Shown piece by piece: positions 6,823 through 13,835 of a stretch of DNA of 32,000 nt (its first letter is position 1; each line of letters opens with the position of its first letter). The DNA is from Candidatus Nanobsidianus stetteri (lineage in GTDB: Archaea; Nanobdellota; Nanobdellia; Nanobdellales; Nanobdellaceae), in contig NZ_QEFP02000006.1 in assembly GCF_003086415.1 (NCBI RefSeq), forward strand, positions 1-32,000, written 5' to 3'. Position numbers and translations under genes: made by a program. The notes under the pieces were generated by a model. It did not search any database and was not told where the DNA came from. It saw only the letters and a list, made by a program, of their open reading frames with translations.

Positions 6823-6843
6823 CACAAAGTTTTTGAAATATAA

Positions 6844-7683
6844 ATGAATGAAATCATTGAGGAATATAAAGTATGGTTAGAAATACAGGGAAAATCTAAA
6901 AATACAATAAAAACATATTCTGGTGTAATAAAGAAATTTTTAGAATTTCTGATAAATAATGGAATAATTATTACAGATACAAGATCTATTAATGATTCAT
7001 TAGATAAAAATCTAATTCTAAAATTTTTAGCTGAAATAAAGGTTAAGAAAAAATTGGATTCCAATTCATTAAGATTATATGTTAGAGCTATATCTTCATT
7101 CTTAAAATTCTTAGACAATGAAAGTTTAGCAAAGCAAATAAAAGCTCCAAAGGTAGATAAAAGATTGCCAAAATTTATTACATATGATGAACTAAATAAA
7201 TTACTAGAAAATGCAGAAAATTATAGAGACAAACTAATTATTAAGTTTCTATTTTATACTGGAGTAAGAGTTTCTGAATTGATAAAAATAAAAAAGAATG
7301 ATATAATTTTTGAAGAGGGTTTTGTAAAAGTATATGGAAAGGGTGGAAAAGAAAGGATAGTACCAATACCAAAAGATTTATTAAATGAATTGAAAGATTA
7401 TATAAATAAAATAAATACTGAAAATATATTTCCATTATCATCAAGGCAAGTTGAAAGAATTATAAAAAATGTTGCAAAGAAAGCTGGGATAAATAAAAAA
7501 GTAACTCCGCATGTATTAAGACATTCTCTTGCAACAACATTATTATCAAAAGGTGTTGATATAAGATATATACAAGAAATACTAGGTCATAGTTCATTAA
7601 ATATTACACAAATATATACTCACGTTGTTCCAAACCAATTAAAAGAAATATATAATAAAGTTTTTGAAAACCAGCTAGCTTAA
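6844..7683 (+). CDS. xerA: Tyrosine recombinase, XerA/XerC/XerD-like
   Basis: 279 aa. N-terminal SAM-like core-binding region (YKVWLEIQGKSKNTIKTYSGVIKKFLEFL). Catalytic domain with TGVRVSEL (Arg), HVLRHSLATTLL (H-x-x-R) and LGHSSLNITQIYTHV (His and nucleophilic Tyr). Confidence 0.9.
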   Translation: MNEIIEEYKVWLEIQGKSKNTIKTYSGVIKKFLEFLINNGIIITDTRSINDSLDKNLILKFLAEIKVKKKLDSNSLRLYVRAISSFLKFLDNESLAKQIKAPKVDKRLPKFITYDELNKLLENAENYRDKLIIKFLFYTGVRVSELIKIKKNDIIFEEGFVKVYGKGGKERIVPIPKDLLNELKDYINKINTENIFPLSSRQVERIIKNVAKKAGINKKVTPHVLRHSLATTLLSKGVDIRYIQEILGHSSLNITQIYTHVVPNQLKEIYNKVFENQLA

Positions 7684-8571
7684 AATTGTTTTTATTTCAA
7701 AATAATATATTCCAATTACTACTATTGTTATTATAATTGATACTATAAATTCTGCGGATAATAATGGTAAACTTTGAGATAATAATGAATTTATATTAAT
7801 TGTTCCGAATATATATGGAAATAACAATGTTGCCAATATCAATGCATTTAAATAATGAGAAATTATGAATAATATTCTTTGTACAATATCCTTTAAATTC
7901 ACAAATGTTAATATTAGTAATACTATTAGTGGAAAGATAAATAAATAAGATATTATATTTTCATACAAATATATATCTAATAATACTAACAAATATCCTA
8001 TTAATCCATATATTTTAAACTTCTTTACATTAAATATATATCCAAGGATACCCAAAACAAATAATATTGTTGATAACAATAATAATAATGTAAAATAATT
8101 AAATATAATGGAAGGTCCCCAAACAATATTTCCATTTATAATTTTAATACCATAACCAGTAATAGCTGTAGATAATATAGAAACCAATAATATTGCCATT
8201 ATTAAAGTTCCAAATATATATATCAATATATCTCTTTTACTATATTCCTTATTTATACTTTTCCCTTCAAAAAATCCTATTCCAATATTTCTAAATATGA
8301 ATAAAAATAATATAATAAATATTAATGGGTAAAATGAATATGCGACTGGAATTAATAATGATGGTAATAAAGCTTCATATTGTACTACAAAGAAAACAAT
8401 TGATGTACCTGTTATTTCCCACATTGATAAGAACAAATTTTCATATTTTTTGTATAAATCATTATTTATAAAGAATGATAATGCCAAGGCTATTTCTATT
8501 CCTATAAGTAATAAAATTGTTGCTGCAATTAAAAATATATATGTATAAAAGTAAAATGAATAGATCATCAT
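7675..8571 (-). CDS. cydB: Cytochrome bd oxidase subunit II-like membrane protein (divergent)
   Basis: 298 aa, about 8 predicted TM helices. ATGA start/stop overlap with cydA (8568-8571). SMWEITGTSIVFFV loosely matches the CydB P.WdgNEvWL region. The call rests mainly on operon position. Confidence 0.55.
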   Translation of the reverse strand: MMIYSFYFYTYIFLIAATILLLIGIEIALALSFFINNDLYKKYENLFLSMWEITGTSIVFFVVQYEALLPSLLIPVAYSFYPLIFIILFLFIFRNIGIGFFEGKSINKEYSKRDILIYIFGTLIMAILLVSILSTAITGYGIKIINGNIVWGPSIIFNYFTLLLLLSTILFVLGILGYIFNVKKFKIYGLIGYLLVLLDIYLYENIISYLFIFPLIVLLILTFVNLKDIVQRILFIISHYLNALILATLLFPYIFGTININSLLSQSLPLLSAEFIVSIIITIVVIGIYYFEIKTILS

Positions 8572-9929
8572 AATTTATTAATAAAATATCTTTTTATAGC
8601 CCATATAGATAAAACAAATAATGCTATATATATTAATTCAAAAGTTATTGCAATAGGAACAACTCCTGGATTTAAATTTGCAGCATCAATTGTTAATAAT
8701 ATTCCATATATTGTCCATGGTTGTCTTCCAACTTCTGCAGCAACCCATCCAGTTTCCAAAGAAATTAAAGATAACACTGATAATAATATCAATCCATATA
8801 ATAATAATTTATTCATATAAAATGTATATTTTGGATTTAAAGTAAATTTTTTATCTTTTTTATCCTCTTTTGAAATTATTAAAGAGATTAATCCATATAA
8901 TGATATAAAGAATATTAAGAATCCAAATATTGCCATTATATCAAAAGAATTATGTGCTATAGTAATATCATTTGGTGAAGGTATATAGGATTCATTTGCA
9001 TATATTCCAGGAACAATTGTATTTGGATTAAAACTCTCATATAACAATAAACTTTGCAAATTTGGAATTTGTATTGAATCAATTAATGTATAATTGTTTG
9101 TAACAATTCCGAATAAATTTTCTGGTGCATTAGAAATATTTCCATTCAAATTAGCTTCTAATATTGAATATTTAACTGGTTGATATTTTGCCAATGTATC
9201 TATTGAATTTATTCCAAATATTCCTAATAATAATATTGATAAGAATAATATGGGAATTACCAATTTCAAAGCTTTTCCATATATTTTTATATTTTCAATA
9301 TCCTTTTCTTTCAATATTTTATATGAAATAATTAATACAAATATTGATAAACCAAATTCTAATGATGCTAAAATTCCATGGGATACTTCAATAAATTCTA
9401 TTGGAGTAAAAAATATGGAATATGGATTTATATCAATATATTGACCATTCAAATATTCAATTCCTACAGGATAATTCATAAAGGCATTTAATGTTATTAT
9501 TAAAAAACCAGACATAGTTGCAAATATTCCAATTAAATACATAAATATTGGATGTAATATAGAATTACTATATTTTTTAAATGAGTAGAAATATATACCA
9601 ACAAATAAAGATTCCAAAAAGAATGCTAAAATTTCTATATATAATGATATAATTGCTGTATTACCCACTATTTGCATAAATTTTGGAAATAATATATACA
9701 TTTCAACAGCAACAATTGTACCAGACAATGTTCCTATTGCAAATAAGACTAATATTAATGTTGATATTCTTTGAGCTAAATTTTTTATACTTTCATCTTT
9801 CTTTAATATTCCATATAATTCTAATGTTCCAACTGCAAAAGGCATTCCAATTGTAATTGATGCTATTATAATATGTATAGCAAGAGAAGATGCAAAAACA
9901 ATCCTATCAATATCATATACAGATAACAT
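8568..9929 (-). CDS. cydA: Cytochrome bd-type quinol oxidase subunit I
   Basis: 453 aa polytopic membrane protein. GWVAAEVGRQPWTIYG is the cytochrome bd subunit I signature (GW...E.GRQPW). N-terminal AIHIIIASITIGMPF matches the helix carrying the heme-ligand His. Confidence 0.85.
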   Translation of the reverse strand: MLSVYDIDRIVFASSLAIHIIIASITIGMPFAVGTLELYGILKKDESIKNLAQRISTLILVLFAIGTLSGTIVAVEMYILFPKFMQIVGNTAIISLYIEILAFFLESLFVGIYFYSFKKYSNSILHPIFMYLIGIFATMSGFLIITLNAFMNYPVGIEYLNGQYIDINPYSIFFTPIEFIEVSHGILASLEFGLSIFVLIISYKILKEKDIENIKIYGKALKLVIPILFLSILLLGIFGINSIDTLAKYQPVKYSILEANLNGNISNAPENLFGIVTNNYTLIDSIQIPNLQSLLLYESFNPNTIVPGIYANESYIPSPNDITIAHNSFDIMAIFGFLIFFISLYGLISLIISKEDKKDKKFTLNPKYTFYMNKLLLYGLILLSVLSLISLETGWVAAEVGRQPWTIYGILLTIDAANLNPGVVPIAITFELIYIALFVLSIWAIKRYFINKL

Positions 9930-9966
9930 AAAATATTTATAGTTTATATATTTAAAAAAATTTTAT

Positions 9967-10452
9967 TTAAAGAATAAATATTGCTGCTGATATAACAGTA
10001 GTATATTTTTCTACCTTTGCTTTTCTAAATATTTCAAATTCCTTATCTATTTCTATATTATATATAGATTTTAACATACTTTTTGCCATGTCTTTTGCAT
10101 ATCCTTCTTCTTTTCCAGTATAATATCCATGATATTCTGTAAAATATCCATTATATTTTTTATCTTTAGGTAATGCTACTCCAACTGATGAAAATATTTC
10201 TTTACCCTCTTCATTAGAAGTAAATCTAGATAAAACACAAAATACAATTTGACCCGCCTTTAAATATTTTAATCCTTCATCTATATCTATAATTTTTACA
10301 TTTGGTGGTGCTATACTAGATACTGGAACTAAATTAAACCTCTCTATTTTTGCATCTCTCAATGCATATTCAAAACTCAACAATGGGTCATCCGCTATAC
10401 CTACACCAGAAGTAAAGAAAACCTTCTTTGGTACCAGACTCCGCGGGGTCAT
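9967..10452 (-). CDS. pdaD: Pyruvoyl-dependent arginine decarboxylase
   Basis: 161 aa. FFTSGVGIADDPLLSFEYALRDAKIERFNLVPVSSIAPP matches the PdaD family, including the self-cleavage Ser region. Size is typical. Confidence 0.88.
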   Translation of the reverse strand: MTPRSLVPKKVFFTSGVGIADDPLLSFEYALRDAKIERFNLVPVSSIAPPNVKIIDIDEGLKYLKAGQIVFCVLSRFTSNEEGKEIFSSVGVALPKDKKYNGYFTEYHGYYTGKEEGYAKDMAKSMLKSIYNIEIDKEFEIFRKAKVEKYTTVISAAIFIL

Positions 10453-10483
10453 AAAATAAAAAATTAATTTTATTATTTATAAG

Positions 10484-11089
10484 TCATCTAGAAGATGATG
10501 CCAACCTTTCTAACTCTAATTTTTTCTGTATTGCAAATGATTCTACAGAATTTTTATATGCATTTATTATTTCTTTTGCCAATGCACTTGCCATATCCTT
10601 TTTATTCCTAGAACTATGATATGCTCCCCAAACAATATGTCTTATAGCTAAATCAATCCTTCTTAAAGGAGAAATATCAACTGCTTTTGGATATCTTGCA
10701 CCACCCATTTCTATATTTGTTATTTCTTCTCTTGGAGCAGCATTTTCTATTGCCTTTGTCAATACCTTTATTGGATTTTGTTTTGTTTCCTTTTCAATTA
10801 TTTCAAATGCCTTTATTAATATTTTTAGTACTTTATGATATTCTCCAGAAGCATAATATGATGTAAATTTATGTTTTCCACCATAATGACCTGGTGTCAT
10901 TAATCTACCAATTAATCTCTCTATAATTGGAATATTTCTTCTTCCAAATCTTCTATTTTGATATCTACCATTTGTTTTTGGAACAATATATGGCTTCAAA
11001 TTCATAAATGCCCTTAATGTTTCATCTTCTACATCTACTTCATATTTCCATCTTCCAAGAAATTTCAAATCATTAATATCATTCACCAT
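10484..11089 (-). CDS. rps7: 30S ribosomal protein uS7
   Basis: 201 aa. NPIKVLTKAIENAAPREEITNIEMGGARYPKAVDISPLRRIDLAIRHIVWGA is a classic S7 core. Confidence 0.95.
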   Translation of the reverse strand: MVNDINDLKFLGRWKYEVDVEDETLRAFMNLKPYIVPKTNGRYQNRRFGRRNIPIIERLIGRLMTPGHYGGKHKFTSYYASGEYHKVLKILIKAFEIIEKETKQNPIKVLTKAIENAAPREEITNIEMGGARYPKAVDISPLRRIDLAIRHIVWGAYHSSRNKKDMASALAKEIINAYKNSVESFAIQKKLELERLASSSR

Positions 11090-11120
11090 TAAAAATAATA
11101 TTAAAAGATAAATTAAAAAA

Positions 11121-11936
11121 TTATTCTGATTCTCTTATTGCCTTAACTAAAACTGGTATTAATGTTAGTACAAACAATATTACAAATCCCCATGCAAATA
11201 TACTTTCTACACTTGCTGAAATATTTGAATATCCAACAGTTAATACTGATAATGATGAAATAACAAATATTGAATATATAAATACTTCAATAAATGGTCT
11301 TACATTTTTATAATATGCATTTTCACTTATATTTTCTGTTATATACTTCATTACAATTAATCCAATTGATAATATTACAAATACACCTATTATATTATCA
11401 AACAATGTATATTGGAATCCTAACAATTCTAAAGAATAATATGTTATTATCCATACAAATCCTAAGAATAATAATAATTTCAATAATTCTGCTACATATG
11501 AATTATATCCTTCAATTAATATATATAGATATGATGTAAAGAATATTGAAAATATTATACCAGCTGCTATTATTAATACAACTACTGATATTAATAATAA
11601 TGTTGAAGAAACTGTCATTGTCAATTGCAATATATTTGATACATAACTATATTGTGTTGCTGTTAATATATTTGGCATCAATGATAATACACTATTAAAT
11701 ACTAATATTCCCAATATTATTCCAGCTAAATATGATAATAAGGCTGCTACATTTATTTCTGGCATTTTGCTAAATGTTGACTTTAATTTCTCATATATAT
11801 TCTCTATCTTTATATATTTCGCAAATAGCCAGCTCAATACTTTATATACTATCCATCCAACAAAATAACCTATTATACCACCTAATACTAAAAAACCAAT
11901 AAAATAACCTATAGATATCAATAAGTCATATACCAT
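11121..11936 (-). CDS. Polytopic membrane protein of unknown function, inserted between rps12 and rps7
   Basis: 271 aa with about 7-8 hydrophobic helices and no motif I recognise. Has its own TATA-like box 21 nt upstream. Confidence 0.7.
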   Translation of the reverse strand: MVYDLLISIGYFIGFLVLGGIIGYFVGWIVYKVLSWLFAKYIKIENIYEKLKSTFSKMPEINVAALLSYLAGIILGILVFNSVLSLMPNILTATQYSYVSNILQLTMTVSSTLLLISVVVLIIAAGIIFSIFFTSYLYILIEGYNSYVAELLKLLLFLGFVWIITYYSLELLGFQYTLFDNIIGVFVILSIGLIVMKYITENISENAYYKNVRPFIEVFIYSIFVISSLSVLTVGYSNISASVESIFAWGFVILFVLTLIPVLVKAIRESE

Positions 11937-11957
11937 TTATTTTTTATGTATTAAAAT

Positions 11958-11965
11958 TATATAAA
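11958..11965 (-). promoter_or_regulatory. TATA box (TTTATATA on minus strand) for the inserted membrane-protein gene
   Basis: Plus-strand TATATAAA at 11958-11965, 21 nt from the ATG at 11936. Just upstream on the minus strand, right after the rps12 stop, is the hairpin CGTTAT-TTTTTG-ATAACG. Confidence 0.4.
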
Positions 11966-12020
11966 TATTGATTTCGTTATCAAAAAATAACGACTATCTC
12001 TTTATAATTTCTTTAAAAAG

Positions 12021-12449
12021 CTATCTTCTGGCTTTTTCTATCTTACCCTTTCTTAATAATTCTAAGGGTTGTCCATTTACTAGTATTACCTTATATCTTA
12101 CCCCCGGTATTGAACCTATAGTTCTTCCCTTTGGTCCACCTATTCCAACTATTAATACTTCATCGTGCTCATCAATATATTTTATTGCCTTATCTCCTGG
12201 AGCAAAGGCTGTAACAATTTTTCCATTTTTCTTTAATTGAACTTTTACACATTTTATCATTCCAGAATATGGCTGTCTTTTTTCAATCTGTACTTTTTCT
12301 AATACAATTCCAGATGCCATTGGACTTCCTTCCAAAGGATCATATTTCTCTTTTAACTTTAATATCCTTCTTTTCCACTCTTTCTTACTCCATCTAAACT
12401 TTTTTCTATTTTCAATTAATTTCTTAGCAGCAAACAATCCATTAGCCAT
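12021..12449 (-). CDS. rps12: 30S ribosomal protein uS12
   Basis: 142 aa. [30 protein letters not shown] and [13 protein letters not shown] are typical of archaeal S12. Confidence 0.95.
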   Translation of the reverse strand: MANGLFAAKKLIENRKKFRWSKKEWKRRILKLKEKYDPLEGSPMASGIVLEKVQIEKRQPYSGMIKCVKVQLKKNGKIVTAFAPGDKAIKYIDEHDEVLIVGIGGPKGRTIGSIPGVRYKVILVNGQPLELLRKGKIEKARR

Positions 12450-12714
12450 TCTTTAATATAGATATAACAGAAATTTTAAATGGCTTTTTCAATAACAAAC
12501 CTACCTCTTCATTTGAATAATTCAATACCTCTATTTCAAAATTTCCCAATTTCTGATAGTATTCTATATCCTTTTTTATATTTTCTGGAACATTTTTTGC
12601 TAAAAATATCTTTTCTACTTTTCCCCTTTTAATCATTTTCAAAGTTCTATTATACCCAATAACTATTTTTTTCTCATCAACAATTTTCTTTCTTAAATCA
12701 TCAAATGTTACCAT
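12442..12714 (-). CDS. rpl30e: 50S ribosomal protein eL30
   Basis: 90 aa, L7Ae/L30e-fold pattern ([37 protein letters not shown]...). Occupies the conserved slot after rpoA''. Overlaps the rps12 start by 8 nt. Confidence 0.8.
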   Translation of the reverse strand: MVTFDDLRKKIVDEKKIVIGYNRTLKMIKRGKVEKIFLAKNVPENIKKDIEYYQKLGNFEIEVLNYSNEEVGLLLKKPFKISVISILKNG

Positions 12715-12740
12715 AAAATCTATCTATATAAAAAATATTT

Positions 12741-13835
12741 TTATTCCTTATCTTCCTTCCTATTTCCTACAAAATATACATCATATAAACCTGTACCTAA
12801 ATATATTGGTTGATTCATTATAACATTATCTATTCCACTCAATACCTTATCAGATTGTCCCATTATTGAAGATCTAACAAATATAGAAACTGGAGTTTCA
12901 AACGCTGCCTTTGATAATGTAGATTCTTTTTCTGCATGTAGTCCATATCTATTTATACCTAAATATATTCCATACCATGTTAACATATCTGCTACCAACA
13001 TAAAATGCCTTACATCTACACTAAGACCTTGTTGTTCATATAATTTAACTAATTCTTGTAATATAGCAGCTCTGGCAGCTTCTATTCCCAATACCCTTTC
13101 TATTTCTCTTATATCATTTGTATATATTTTTGTATAATCTACCTCTGGTATTTTCATAACTTCCAATAGATTAGATCCAATAGTATATATTACATATTCA
13201 TTATCTTCTTTATGTATAGTTACATCCTTAATTCCCTTTATTCCTTTTATTAATATCTTCTTTATCATTTCTTTAAGCAAATATAATTCCTTTGCAGATA
13301 ATTTGGGAGCAATTATATATATATTTTGTTTATCATTCTCAACCTTATATTTCTTTATTTTCTTTTTTATTATTCTAAATACTTCATCAAATGTTAATTC
13401 TTCCTTTTTCAATTTTTCTTTATCCAAAGTAATTATTATCTTATTTTCAAATACATCTATTGTTATTGATGACAATAGATCTTCTAATAATAATTCCTTT
13501 ATCTTTTTTGCAACACTTTGAGCCACATTTAAATCATTTTTATATTCATCCAATAACCTTATTATCATATATTTTCTTTTCATTTTCTTTTTTGCATCTG
13601 TTATTTCTGTTAATCTAGGTAAACCTAAAGAAACCTGTTGAGCAGATATACCTACAAAGTGAAATGATCTTAATATCATCTGTGTTGTTGGCTCTGCAAT
13701 TGATTGAGCAGCAACTATACCAACAGGTTCACCTGGATCTATTATAAATTTATATGAAAAATCTTCTACTTTTTTTCTTAATTTTTCATCTTCTATTTTT
13801 TCTAGATCCTTTTTTATTTTTTCCGGTAGTTCCAT
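12741..13835 (-). CDS. rpoA2: DNA-directed RNA polymerase subunit A''
   Basis: 364 aa. PGEPVGIVAAQSIAEPTTQM and the C-terminal EAARAAILQEL...FMLVADMLT region are typical of the Rpb1 C-terminal third. The only available start (ATG at 13835) overlaps rpoA' by 50 nt. Confidence 0.93.
   Translation of the reverse strand: MELPEKIKKDLEKIEDEKLRKKVEDFSYKFIIDPGEPVGIVAAQSIAEPTTQMILRSFHFVGISAQQVSLGLPRLTEITDAKKKMKRKYMIIRLLDEYKNDLNVAQSVAKKIKELLLEDLLSSITIDVFENKIIITLDKEKLKKEELTFDEVFRIIKKKIKKYKVENDKQNIYIIAPKLSAKELYLLKEMIKKILIKGIKGIKDVTIHKEDNEYVIYTIGSNLLEVMKIPEVDYTKIYTNDIREIERVLGIEAARAAILQELVKLYEQQGLSVDVRHFMLVADMLTWYGIYLGINRYGLHAEKESTLSKAAFETPVSIFVRSSIMGQSDKVLSGIDNVIMNQPIYLGTGLYDVYFVGNRKEDKE

Noticed and set aside
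6183-7444. Minus-strand ORFs at 6183-6446, 6822-7118 and 7241-7444
   Set aside because: Antisense to the hypothetical gene and the well-supported recombinase gene. Low-complexity hydrophobic translations.
6031-7683. Calling this segment a mobile element
   Set aside because: Only a single Xer-type recombinase is present. No flanking repeats, transposase, viral or plasmid genes were seen. It is reported as an open question, not annotated as mobile_element.
9250-13521. Short ORFs at 9250-9444(+), 11294-11539(+), 11968-12240(+) and 13303-13521(+)
   Set aside because: Each lies antisense within cydA, the membrane-protein gene, rps12 or rpoA''. No motifs; shadow ORFs.
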